A DNA stretch of 64,000 nucleotides from Thermodesulfobacteriota bacterium (GTDB lineage Bacteria; Desulfobacterota; Binatia; Bin18), in NCBI GenBank assembly GCA_964291405.2, contig OZ219926.1, positions 160,001 through 224,000 on the forward strand, given 5' to 3'. Every line of letters starts with the position of its first letter. Position 1 is the stretch's first letter. Below, in pieces: positions 17,527 through 27,199 of this stretch. The notes beneath the pieces were generated by a model that was given only the letters and a program-made list of their open reading frames with translations, was not told the origin of the DNA and ran no database searches. Both the position numbers and the translations under genes were made by a program.

Positions 17527-19905
17527 TCAGGCTGCGGCTTGACGCTGTTCAATCCAGCCCAACACCCGTTCCGGAGTGAGGGGAATGGCATCCACCCGAA
17601 CCTCAAATGGCGCCAGCGCATCGGCAACCGCATTCGCGATCGCTGCCGGGGGAGCGATCGCCCCACCCTCTCCAACGCCTTTAATACCGTGGGGCGTGTG
17701 CGGAGACGGGCTTTCAATATGACCGATCTCCACCTGCGGCACATCAATGGCGGTTGGAATAAGATAATCCATCAACGTCCCCGTCAAGAACTGGCCGTTC
17801 TCATCGTAGAGAGCGTGTTCGTACAAGGCCGTGCCGATTCCCTGAGCCACGCCACCCTGAATCTGACCATCGACGACTGTGGGGTTGATAATCGTGCCGC
17901 AGTCTTCAACCACGATATAGCGCAACAGGGTCACCTGGCCGGTGTCGCTGTCCACTTCGACCAGGGCGATATGGGTCGCGTTAGCATGCGTGGACGGCGG
18001 GGGTTCGTAGTGGGCCGTAGCGTCCAACCCGGGCTCTTCATCCCGCGGGAGACTGCCAGCCTGCACCAGCACCCGATGGGCAAGCTCCTTGATAGGCATC
18101 AGCGGAGCGGTGTCCGCTCTGCGCCGGATCATCCCTTCGGCCAGCTCCAGATCGTCGTCCGGCACCTCGGTCATACGCGAGGCGATACGCAGCATCTTGT
18201 TACGCAGTTTTTCGGACGCTCTGGAGATCGCGCCCCCTCCGGTGACGGCGCTCCGACTGCCCCAGGTGCCCATGCCGTAGGGGACGGCGTTCGTATCGCC
18301 CTCGATGATTTTGACATCGGCGAGCGGAACGCCAAGCTCGTCAGCCGCGACCTGGGCCAGGGTTGTTTCGTGACTTTGACCGTGGGAGTGGGTCCCAACC
18401 AGCACGGTGACTTTACCCGCGACATCCATACGCACAGTTGCCGATTCATAGCCGCCCAGATTCAGTCCCATAGAGGCAAAGGCCGCCGAGCTCGGCGCCG
18501 TACCTTCCAGATAACAACCGATGCCGATACCCAGGTAACGGCCCTGGGCTCGAGCCCGCTGCTGTTCGGCTCTGCACTCCTGGTAGCCCAGGATGTCCAG
18601 TGCTTTCTGGAGGGATTCGCGATGGCTGCCACTCTCGACTTCCGCACCGATAATCGTGGTATACGGGTGCTCTTCTTTTCGGATCATATTTCGCAGCCGA
18701 ATCTCGGCCGGGTCGAGTCCCAGTTTGTGGGCGGCCAGGTCCATGAGCCGCTCCATGGTCAGCACTCCAATCGGCAGCCCTACCCCGCGGTACACTCCAA
18801 TAGTGGTCTTGTTGGTGGCAACCGATACGGCCTCGAAACTGAAGGCCGGGGTCTTATACGGCCCAGGCAGGCTGGAGGCGGCGTGGCCGGCTTCAAATGC
18901 AGACCCCCAGGGGTATTCGGAATACGCGCCCACATCGCCGACAAACCGGCCCCTGATGCCGAGGATGGTTCCGTCCTGCCGGACGGCAAGCTCGGCCTGG
19001 ACGGCTTGCTGTTTGGCGTGGAGCGAGGCGGATAGATTTTCACGGCGATCTTCAATCCATTTGACCGCTCGGCCAAGACGGTGTGCGAGGTAGGCGGACA
19101 CGGCCTCCTCGGGAAAGAGATGGCCCTTTTGCCCGAACCCACCGCCAACGTCCGGGGCGACCACGCGGATATGATGTTCAGGGAAATCCAACACCAGGGC
19201 GATATGTGAACGGAGCACATGCGGCACCTGCGTGGACGACCACACGGTCAGCGTGTCTGTCGCAGGCTCAAAAGACGCCACGCAGCCCCGCGTCTCCATG
19301 GGCAGGGCCATATGACGGCCGGTGGTGAGGCGCTCTGAAACAACACAATCAGCCTCCTGAAACGCTTTGGCCACGTCACCAATCTCAGCCTGGAGTGTTT
19401 GCATGACGTTATCACCCCACTCCTCATGCACGAGCGGAGCATCCGCTGCGAGTGCCTGTTCGATATCGGACACGGGCGCAAGCGGCTCGTACTCCACGTC
19501 GATCAAACCGGCGGCGTCTTCTGCCGTGTAACGGTCGACGGCTACCACAACCGCCACGGCCTCACCCACAAAACGCACTTTGTCTTGGGCCAGGACAGGC
19601 CAATCGCAGGGTTTATGCGTCGGTGCTTTGGCTGGCTCGTATTCGACTCGGAGCGGCTTAATGGCCTCGGCAATGTCGGCTCCGGTTACAACAAGCTGGA
19701 CACCGGGTTGATTCTGAGCCGTACCCACGTCAATAGACACAATCCGCGCGTGCGCATACGGACTGCGGACAAAGGCGAGCGCAAGCGAGTTGGGCAGGTC
19801 GAGATCGTCCACATACTGCGATTTGCCCAACAAGACGCGGGGGTCTTCGACCCGGCGTACCTGTGCGCCAACCATCTTGCCGGTTCCACCTTGGGAGGAT
19901 GCCAT
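17527..19905 (-). CDS. Xanthine dehydrogenase family molybdopterin-binding subunit (CoxL/CutL-like), copy 1
   Basis: Same motif set (VYRGVG, KGVGEGG); start refined to ATG 19905 (MASSQGG). Confidence 0.92.
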   Translation of the reverse strand: MASSQGGTGKMVGAQVRRVEDPRVLLGKSQYVDDLDLPNSLALAFVRSPYAHARIVSIDVGTAQNQPGVQLVVTGADIAEAIKPLRVEYEPAKAPTHKPCDWPVLAQDKVRFVGEAVAVVVAVDRYTAEDAAGLIDVEYEPLAPVSDIEQALAADAPLVHEEWGDNVMQTLQAEIGDVAKAFQEADCVVSERLTTGRHMALPMETRGCVASFEPATDTLTVWSSTQVPHVLRSHIALVLDFPEHHIRVVAPDVGGGFGQKGHLFPEEAVSAYLAHRLGRAVKWIEDRRENLSASLHAKQQAVQAELAVRQDGTILGIRGRFVGDVGAYSEYPWGSAFEAGHAASSLPGPYKTPAFSFEAVSVATNKTTIGVYRGVGLPIGVLTMERLMDLAAHKLGLDPAEIRLRNMIRKEEHPYTTIIGAEVESGSHRESLQKALDILGYQECRAEQQRARAQGRYLGIGIGCYLEGTAPSSAAFASMGLNLGGYESATVRMDVAGKVTVLVGTHSHGQSHETTLAQVAADELGVPLADVKIIEGDTNAVPYGMGTWGSRSAVTGGGAISRASEKLRNKMLRIASRMTEVPDDDLELAEGMIRRRADTAPLMPIKELAHRVLVQAGSLPRDEEPGLDATAHYEPPPSTHANATHIALVEVDSDTGQVTLLRYIVVEDCGTIINPTVVDGQIQGGVAQGIGTALYEHALYDENGQFLTGTLMDYLIPTAIDVPQVEIGHIESPSPHTPHGIKGVGEGGAIAPPAAIANAVADALAPFEVRVDAIPLTPERVLGWIEQRQAAA

Positions 19906-19916
19906 ATGCCTGTGTC

Positions 19917-20408
19917 CTAGGATTGGGACTGTTCCGCAACGGCCTGAACAGCTTTGACGATATTCGCGTAGCCGGTACAGCGGCACAGATTGCCGGACAG
20001 TCCGTGCCGAATTTCTTCTTCGCTCGGCTGCGGGTTCTTGTCGAGGAGGTCTACCGCGCTCATGAGAAACCCGGATGTGCAGAAACCGCATTGGAGTGCA
20101 TGGTTATCCCAAAAGGATTGCTGTAACGGGTGCATCTCATCTCCGTCGGCGAGTCCCTCAAGCGTCTGGAGTTCCGCCCCATCGGCTTGAACGGCAAAGA
20201 GTAAACACGACCGTACGCTTTCGCCGTCCATAATAATGGTGCACGCACCGCACACACCATGTTCGCAGCCGAGATGGGTGGCGGTCAGGCCCAAGTCGTG
20301 ACGGATGAAGTCGGCCAGGAGCCGACGCACTGGCACTTCACGTTCGTACTCGTGGCCATTGACGCGAACGCGGATGGTCTGGCGTTCGGTGAATTGTGTT
20401 TCTGCCAT
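19917..20408 (-). CDS. [2Fe-2S] subunit (CoxS/CutS-like)
   Basis: GCEHGVCGAC, QCGFCT, NLCRCTGY. Confidence 0.95.
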   Translation of the reverse strand: MAETQFTERQTIRVRVNGHEYEREVPVRRLLADFIRHDLGLTATHLGCEHGVCGACTIIMDGESVRSCLLFAVQADGAELQTLEGLADGDEMHPLQQSFWDNHALQCGFCTSGFLMSAVDLLDKNPQPSEEEIRHGLSGNLCRCTGYANIVKAVQAVAEQSQS

Positions 20409-20422
20409 ATCTCTTCCCCCTG

Positions 20423-21289
20423 TTATGCGGCCTGAGCCCAGGCTTCTTTCAATGCGCGTTGTGTCAGCACCTTGACCATTCTGCGTCGATAGTCGGCAGA
20501 ACCGTGGACGTCTCCTGAGGGCTCGACCGCAGCAGCGGCTTTTTCCGCGGCGGCGTTCAGCACCGCAGCATCACCCTGACTACCGACGACGATAGGTTCC
20601 ACATCGGCAACGTGGAGTGGCGTGGAATGCGCTCCCCCAACAGCCAGTGAGGCCGCCGAGCACGTGCCGCTGTCGTCCAGCGTCAACTGACACGCAATGG
20701 CGACGATGGCAAAATCGCCCGGTCGACGGCACAGCTCCTGGAATCCCCAGACTGCACCCGCAGGAGCAATTGGGAAGCGGACCTCACACAGGATTTCAGT
20801 CGGCTCAATCGTGGTCATGAGTGGGGCGAGAAAAAATTCACGCGCCGCAACCGTCCGGGAGTTGTCCTGAGATCGCAGCACGAGCTGGGCGTCCAAGGCC
20901 GCGGCGACCAAGGGCCATTCTGCAGCAGGGTCGGCATGGACCAGGCTACCCCCAATGGTTCCTCGGTTCCGTATCGCCAAGTGGCCGACCTCGACGGCGG
21001 CCCGACACAGCAAGGGCTGGGCGGTCCTGGCCTCATCGGACACTTCGATCTGTCTATGTCGCGTCATGGCGCCAATGCACAGGGTGTCATTGTCCCGCCT
21101 GATATAGGCGAGATCATCCAGGCGGTTCAGATCGATAATCGACTCAACCGAGGCCATGCGCAGGTTGAGCATCGGAACGAAGCTCTGTCCGCCAGCCAGG
21201 ACTTTAGCCTCATCACCACCCGCCTGCAGTAAAGCCAGGACTTCGTCAACAGAGCCGGGACGCGCATATTTAAATGGTGCTGGTTTCAT
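20423..21289 (-). CDS. FAD-binding subunit (CoxM/CutM-like)
   Basis: MKPAPFKY, LAGGQS, IRNRGTIGGSLVHADPAAE. Confidence 0.95.
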   Translation of the reverse strand: MKPAPFKYARPGSVDEVLALLQAGGDEAKVLAGGQSFVPMLNLRMASVESIIDLNRLDDLAYIRRDNDTLCIGAMTRHRQIEVSDEARTAQPLLCRAAVEVGHLAIRNRGTIGGSLVHADPAAEWPLVAAALDAQLVLRSQDNSRTVAAREFFLAPLMTTIEPTEILCEVRFPIAPAGAVWGFQELCRRPGDFAIVAIACQLTLDDSGTCSAASLAVGGAHSTPLHVADVEPIVVGSQGDAAVLNAAAEKAAAAVEPSGDVHGSADYRRRMVKVLTQRALKEAWAQAA

Positions 21290-21428
21290 ACCCTCCAGCT
21301 AGCAGGTTTCAGATTTCAGGGCAAACAAAAAGAGGGTGAGGCGAGTTTGAGTTGACATCTACAGCGCCCAACCGTAGGACGGGACACATGGCACACGCTG
21401 ACTGTCTGATGATCGTCGAGACTAAACC

Positions 21429-22493
21429 ATGACGCAGCTTGATGCACAGGCCATTCAAGATATCGCCCTGGGAGCAGCCGTTCTCGGAACCGGAGGCGGC
21501 GGCGATCCGACTTTGGGCCGGCTCATGGCGCAACAGGCCGTCGCCCAACACGGCCCGATTTCGCTGCTTTCGCTCGATGAACTCGCAGATGAGGAGTGGG
21601 CTATTCCCACCGCAATGATGGGTGCGCCCACGGTTTTAATTGAGAAGATTCCGAGCGGGAGCGAGGTGATCGAGGCGTTCCAGATGATCGAGCGTCACCT
21701 GCAATGTCAGGCAGCCGCCACCATGTCAATCGAGGCAGGTGGCGTCAACTCCATGATACCGCTCGTTGTTGCCGCGACCCTGCGTATTCCCGTGCTCGAC
21801 GCAGACGGAATGGGACGAGCGTTTCCTGAGCTTCAAATGGTTACTCCTACCTTGCACGGAGTAGCAGCGACACCGATGGTCGTAGCGGACGAAAAGGGCA
21901 ACCAGGTGTTGCTGCAAACGCCGGACAATCGTTGGACCGAACGTCTGGCCCGAACGGCGACCATAGCGATGGGCTGTTCCGCCTGCATTGCACTGTATGC
22001 CATGCAGGGCCGTGTTGCCAAACACGCCCTGATTCCGGGGACCCTTAGTCTTGCCGCCAGGATCGGTCAAACGCTCCGCACCAGCAAACAAACCAATCCT
22101 ATTCAAGCGTTGACCAACCTGCTGGCCGGCCGCCAACTGTGTCAGGGAAAAATCACGGACGTTCGGCGCCGGACCGAAGGCGGGTTTGCTCGGGGCGAGG
22201 TCGAAATCGCGGGGTCTGGTCCTGATGCCGGACAACCGTTTCGGCTGTCATTCCAAAATGAAAACCTCGTTTTCTGGCGCGGCGACCGGCCTGAGGTCAC
22301 GGTACCCGACCTGTTGAGCGTGGTTGACGAACAGACGGGGCTGCCGATTACCACCGAGGCCCTCAGATACGGCCTGCGCATCGCCGTGTTAGCCTTTCCG
22401 TGTCACGCCCAGTGGCGTACTCCTGAAGGGATTGCGCTGGTGGGTCCGCGGTATTTTGGCTACGACATAGACTATGTCCCCTTCCACAGCTGA
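21429..22493 (+). CDS. DUF917 family protein
   Basis: GAAVLGTGGGGDP, EAGGVNS, DADGMGRAFPELQM, FQNENL, VGPRYFGYD. Confidence 0.9.
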   Translation: MTQLDAQAIQDIALGAAVLGTGGGGDPTLGRLMAQQAVAQHGPISLLSLDELADEEWAIPTAMMGAPTVLIEKIPSGSEVIEAFQMIERHLQCQAAATMSIEAGGVNSMIPLVVAATLRIPVLDADGMGRAFPELQMVTPTLHGVAATPMVVADEKGNQVLLQTPDNRWTERLARTATIAMGCSACIALYAMQGRVAKHALIPGTLSLAARIGQTLRTSKQTNPIQALTNLLAGRQLCQGKITDVRRRTEGGFARGEVEIAGSGPDAGQPFRLSFQNENLVFWRGDRPEVTVPDLLSVVDEQTGLPITTEALRYGLRIAVLAFPCHAQWRTPEGIALVGPRYFGYDIDYVPFHS

Positions 22494-24084
22494 ACCCACG
22501 GACCAGGCCGAGCAGGCCCGCCTCCGAGACCATTCGTTTCGGCTCGGCATCGATGTTGGCGGTACACACACCGACGCTGTGATTCTCGATGCCACAGACC
22601 GGGTTATTGCGAGCACCAAGGCACCGACTACTTCGGATATCACCACTGGGATTGTCCAGGCTCTGCAAGACGTCCTCACAACCTCTCAGCTCCCTCCAGA
22701 CACAATCTCCTGCGCCATGCTCGGCACCACGCATTGCACCAATGCCGTAGTGACTCGCCGGGAACTGAATTCGGTCGGGATTATGCGCCTTGGGGCGCCA
22801 GCAACCCGCGCGATTGAGCCGCTCCTGACCTGGCCGCACGACCTCAAGCAGGCCGTTGGCGTCCGGCATGCCATTCTTCGCGGCGGACATGAGTATAACG
22901 GTGAGCCCTTGTCCGAGCTGGATGAGCAGGAAGTGCGGCAGACTGCCCGCGCGTTCAAGGGCCACGTTCACGCTATTGCCGTCACCGGGGTGTTTGCCTC
23001 AGTCAATGCAGCCCATGAGCTGCGCGTCCGTGAGATCGTACGGGATGAACTGGGCGCGGATATTCCTGTTAGCCTGTCAAGTGAAATCGGCAGTGTCAGC
23101 CTGCTGGAGCGCGAGAATGCTACCGTCCTGAATGCGGCCTTGATGCGTGTGGCGCAGCGGGCAATGAAGGGTTTTGAGCGGGCCGTTCGCCAGCTCAATA
23201 TCCCGGCAACCCTTTTCTTGGGACAAAATGACGGGAGCCTGATGTCTCTGGACTATGCTGTACAGTATCCCATCTTCACCATTGCCTCAGGTCCGGCCAA
23301 TAGTATCCGTGGGGCTGCGGCGTTAAGCCAGCTTCGCGACGCCATTGTCGTTGACATTGGCGGGACCACAACTGATATCGGCGTGCTGCACAAAGGCTTT
23401 CCACGAGAATCGCAATTAGCCGTCGAGATGGGCGGCGTGGCCACCAATTTTCGTATGCCGGATCTAATTTCGATCGGTTTGGGTGGCGGAAGTCGAGTGC
23501 ACCCGGAAGAGGCGGTTTGCGTTGGACCAGACAGCGTTGGCTATCGCCTCCAAACGGAAGCCAGGGTGTTTGGCGGCCCTCAGCTTACCGCGACCGATCT
23601 AGCCGTCGCAGCCGGACGAATACGGCTCGGTAATCCCGGTCGAGTCCAAGCACTCCCCAAGACGACGCTCGATCAGGGTCTGAACTATATTCGGCACACC
23701 CTTGAAGATTACATTGATCGCGTAAAACTGTCGGCTGACCCGGTTCCGGTCGTTGCTGTTGGCGGTGGTAACATTTTGTTTCCTGACGCGCTTCAGGGCG
23801 TGTCTGACATCATTCGGCCAGAACAGGCTGGAGTTGCCAATGCTATTGGCGTGGCGATTGCGCAAGTCAGCGGGACGGTGGACAGCGTATTTTCTCTGGA
23901 AAAGCTGAGCCGGACCGAGGCCCTGGACCAAGCAACAGCCCTGGCCTATGAGCGTGCCATCGCAGCCGGGGCCGCACCAGATGAGGTCGAGGTACTCGAC
24001 CTCGAAGAAGTCCCCCTCGCCTATTTGCCGGGCAATGCGGTGCGGATCAAAGTCAAAGCGGTGGGGAGTCTGAGAACGGCATGA
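22474..24084 (+). CDS. Hydantoinase/oxoprolinase family protein (DUF917-associated type)
   Basis: GIDVGGTHTDAV, SGPANSIRGA, DIGGTTTD, GLGGGS, ANAIG. Confidence 0.9.
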   Translation: MSPSTAEPTDQAEQARLRDHSFRLGIDVGGTHTDAVILDATDRVIASTKAPTTSDITTGIVQALQDVLTTSQLPPDTISCAMLGTTHCTNAVVTRRELNSVGIMRLGAPATRAIEPLLTWPHDLKQAVGVRHAILRGGHEYNGEPLSELDEQEVRQTARAFKGHVHAIAVTGVFASVNAAHELRVREIVRDELGADIPVSLSSEIGSVSLLERENATVLNAALMRVAQRAMKGFERAVRQLNIPATLFLGQNDGSLMSLDYAVQYPIFTIASGPANSIRGAAALSQLRDAIVVDIGGTTTDIGVLHKGFPRESQLAVEMGGVATNFRMPDLISIGLGGGSRVHPEEAVCVGPDSVGYRLQTEARVFGGPQLTATDLAVAAGRIRLGNPGRVQALPKTTLDQGLNYIRHTLEDYIDRVKLSADPVPVVAVGGGNILFPDALQGVSDIIRPEQAGVANAIGVAIAQVSGTVDSVFSLEKLSRTEALDQATALAYERAIAAGAAPDEVEVLDLEEVPLAYLPGNAVRIKVKAVGSLRTA

Positions 24085-24102
24085 GGTTGAGGAAGAGTAA
24101 CG

Positions 24103-24720
24103 ATGAAAACATGTGCTGCTGTCCTGAAATCGTCCCTTCTCGCTATCTTCGTTGCTACCTTATGCATGCTTTTCCCGGCTTCTACCTATCCCTTTGGAGT
24201 TGGTACTGGAGTTGGAGGGCTGGGGACGGGGAAGCCGGGTGCAAGTGACGAGAACTCACGCTTCCCCATAAAGGTCAGACTGGAAGGATTCCTCCGGTAC
24301 ATGCCGGCAGTCAGCCAGCGACCTGAGCTCGATGTCGTTACCTTGGGGATTGCCCGCTATGGTGAGCGGTATCCGTTTGTCCTCGTCGCAATTGAAGCCG
24401 TGGACTTACCACGGCTCACTCCCCGCCGGTTACTCAAAATTGTGAAAAAATGGCAACTCAATTTCGATATCGTCGGCCCTGAGGGCTTGCTGTCTGAAGT
24501 AGCCCAGGCTCTCCCTGGAACTCCGTTAACCATTGAGGGCTTCTTAACTCCGCGCCAGCGAAAATTTCAGCTCTGGAGTGTCGAGGGGTTTGGGTTTGAT
24601 ATGCCTGGCAGCGAGACGCAAGCTGAGCTGCTACTTAAGAAGGAACCTGTGGCACCACCGGTTGAAGGCGGCACAGAAAGCGACCAGAACGACCAGGGCG
24701 ATCTTCTCCCGCTCGACTAG
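24103..24720 (+). CDS. Hypothetical exported protein
   Basis: RBS GAGGAAGAG, N-terminal hydrophobic signal, Gly-rich linker, acidic tail. Confidence 0.6.
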   Translation: MKTCAAVLKSSLLAIFVATLCMLFPASTYPFGVGTGVGGLGTGKPGASDENSRFPIKVRLEGFLRYMPAVSQRPELDVVTLGIARYGERYPFVLVAIEAVDLPRLTPRRLLKIVKKWQLNFDIVGPEGLLSEVAQALPGTPLTIEGFLTPRQRKFQLWSVEGFGFDMPGSETQAELLLKKEPVAPPVEGGTESDQNDQGDLLPLD

Positions 24721-24860
24721 GAAAACCAGTCGGTAGAAGTCCGGGCTATCTGCACGACGCCCAACATTTCCCAGACCACCCACTATCGTCCCGTGGCGAT
24801 ACAAGCCGTATATTTATACTTTTAACGAGAAACAGCCGGCTATACACCCCGTCAGAAATG

Positions 24861-24921
24861 TCCATTTTAGACAAATGGATAGCACGAAATCCTCGGAACT
24901 AAAGTTTTTGACTATAGTCAA
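24861..24921. promoter_or_regulatory. Palindromic operator candidates upstream of the hydantoinase A/B genes
   Basis: Perfect 14-bp palindrome TTGACTATAGTCAA (24908-24921) and TCCATTT-N5-AAATGGA (24861-24879) in an AT-rich 400-bp intergenic region. Confidence 0.5.
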
Positions 24922-25129
24922 TATATTTCCTTTTAAATACTCTACCGACAGACTCTCTCACCCCTCCCTGTTCACTCATCTCTCCCAATATAAGGATTCT
25001 CCAGCACAATCCGCCTCAGACCGCTTCTCAAAAGCTTTCCTCAGCACCTGATTCATCGTATAGCTAAGGCAAGCGGGAACCCTCAATAACATAAGACTCC
25101 ACGCTTAGAACAAGCAGACAAGGATTGTT

Positions 25130-27181
25130 ATGCGTATTGCCGTTGATGTTGGTGGCACGTTTACGGACGTGATCCTTCTAGATGAGAAGACCCAGGAACT
25201 GCGACTGGAGAAGGTCGAGACCACGCCGCACAATCCGGCCAGCGGTGTCCTGCAAGGATTTCATAAAGCAGACGCAACACCCAGTGCGATCGACTATTTC
25301 GTGCACGGCACAACCCTGGGACTCAATGCCTTGCTGACTCGCACGGCCGCCCGAGTCGCAATCCTGACTACTAAAGGATTCCGCGACGTATATGAACTAG
25401 GCCGCACAGCCCGTGACCCTATGTATGACCTGACCTACCGGAAACCCAGGCCCCTCGTGCCTCGCTATCTCACCTTTGAAGTGACCGAGCGCCTGGACTA
25501 TCAGGGCAATGTGCTGACCGCCTTTGACGAACAAGAAGCCAGAGCGGTGGCCCATAAACTACGCGAACACGGGGTCGAAGCGGTGGCAGTATGTTTTCTG
25601 CATAGCTACGCCAACCCCCAACACGAACTGGCCGTGCAGACAGTCTTGCAGCAGGAGTGCCCAGGCCTCTTCGTGACGCTGTCGCATCAGCTCAGCCGCG
25701 AATATCGGGAGTACGAGCGGACCAGTACGACCGTGATTGATGCCGGCATTAAACCGATCGTGCGCAGCTATTTGGAGCAACTCGCCGTCGAGTTGCGATC
25801 CGGTGGCTTTGCGGGCCACTTCCTGCTGACGCGCTCAGGCGGTGGAGCCATGACCGTGGTATCGGCAAAAGAACAGCCGGTCCATTTGGTGCTGTCCGGA
25901 CCAGCAGGCGGCGTGATCGGTGCAAGCGCGCTGAGTTCGCTCGTTGGGGCACAGAACCTGATCACGCTAGATATGGGTGGGACGAGCCTAGACGCCTCAC
26001 TCATTGTTAACGGTCACGCACAGGTTGATAACGATGCCGCGTTTGAGCATTTTCCGATTTCCCTCCCTATTCTCGACATTAAGACAATTGGGGCTGGCGG
26101 CGGGAGTATCGGCTGGATCGATGAGGGCGGACATCTGCAAATGGGACCACATAGTGCCGGGTCCGTACCGGGACCAGCCTGCTATGCCAAGGGCGGTCAG
26201 CAACCGACCTTCACCGACGCCGCCCTGCTGGCCGGCTATCTTGATCCGGCCAATTTCCTTGGGGGTGAAATCGACCTTGCTCCAGAGCCGGCCCGCCGGG
26301 TGCTCCAGGAGCGGCTTGCCACTCCGCTGGGTCTCTCCGTGCCCCAGGTAGCAACCGGCATGTTACGCATGAGTGAGGCGAAAATCACCGGCGCGATCCG
26401 TGAGATCTCAATCGAACGCGGCTTTCATCCCGGAGATTTTGCCCTGTTCGCCTTTGGCGGTGGCGGTGGTTTTGTGGCGTCCGGCGTGGCGTGGGAACTC
26501 GGGCTACCGCGCGTGATCATTCCACCCGGCCCGGCAAATTTCTCTGCCCTGGGAATGCTGATGGTCGACGTAGTCCACGATTTTTCTCAGACCTTGGTCA
26601 CCGACCTCCATACGGCGGACCTAGCAGCCATTCGCGAGGCCTATGCACTCTTAGCCCAACAGGGGACGCACGCCCTTGAACAGGATGGCTTCAGCCCCGC
26701 CGACCGACGCCTTATCCGCTCGGCAGAGCTCCGCTACCACGGCCAGGAGCATACGGTGAATATTACCCTCCCTGGGCATGAGATCACGATTGATGACCTC
26801 AGCCGAATGACCACTATGTTTAATGAATCACACCGTATTCAGTACGGTCATAGTATGGACGATCCGATTGAGCTGGTGACGCTGCGCCTGCGTGCGGTCG
26901 GACTGCTCCCGCGCCCTCGCCTACCAAAGATCGCCTCAGGGTCGGGTAGTGTCGAGGTCGCGCGAAAAGGGGAACGACCGGTCTACCGGCCAGGCCCTGA
27001 TCAAAACGAGCATCAAGTCAATTACGCCGTGTATGATCGCCTCAAGCTACGCCGAGCGGATCAGATTGCCGGCCCGGCCATCATCGAGGAGCCGACGTCA
27101 ACCACGATCCTCCATACCGGCGATGCGATGACGGTTGGGGAGTACGGAGAATTAGTGCTGACCATTGGGGAATTGTCCTAA
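25130..27181 (+). CDS. Hydantoinase A / oxoprolinase-like ATP-dependent amidohydrolase subunit
   Basis: AVDVGGTFTD, HGTT, REYERTSTT, SGPAGG, DMGGTS, GAGGGS, PGPACY. Confidence 0.93.
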   Translation: MRIAVDVGGTFTDVILLDEKTQELRLEKVETTPHNPASGVLQGFHKADATPSAIDYFVHGTTLGLNALLTRTAARVAILTTKGFRDVYELGRTARDPMYDLTYRKPRPLVPRYLTFEVTERLDYQGNVLTAFDEQEARAVAHKLREHGVEAVAVCFLHSYANPQHELAVQTVLQQECPGLFVTLSHQLSREYREYERTSTTVIDAGIKPIVRSYLEQLAVELRSGGFAGHFLLTRSGGGAMTVVSAKEQPVHLVLSGPAGGVIGASALSSLVGAQNLITLDMGGTSLDASLIVNGHAQVDNDAAFEHFPISLPILDIKTIGAGGGSIGWIDEGGHLQMGPHSAGSVPGPACYAKGGQQPTFTDAALLAGYLDPANFLGGEIDLAPEPARRVLQERLATPLGLSVPQVATGMLRMSEAKITGAIREISIERGFHPGDFALFAFGGGGGFVASGVAWELGLPRVIIPPGPANFSALGMLMVDVVHDFSQTLVTDLHTADLAAIREAYALLAQQGTHALEQDGFSPADRRLIRSAELRYHGQEHTVNITLPGHEITIDDLSRMTTMFNESHRIQYGHSMDDPIELVTLRLRAVGLLPRPRLPKIASGSGSVEVARKGERPVYRPGPDQNEHQVNYAVYDRLKLRRADQIAGPAIIEEPTSTTILHTGDAMTVGEYGELVLTIGELS

Positions 27182-27199
27182 TACGGACAGGAGAACGCT

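Noticed and set aside
17281-19035. 584-aa plus-strand ORF and other long antisense ORFs (e.g. 59216-60085, 27664-28455, 12971-13657)
   Set aside because: They are shadows of well-supported opposite-strand genes in GC-rich DNA and carry no motifs.
15104-21289. Aerobic CO dehydrogenase (coxMSL)
   Set aside because: Active-site loops are VYRGVG, not AYxCSFR, and no coxDEFG accessory genes are present.
24730-24850. RNase P RNA (AAGTCCGGGC and CCGGCT resemble P4 strands)
   Set aside because: The motifs are only about 110 nt apart, and GAGGAAAGTCC and the other conserved regions are missing.
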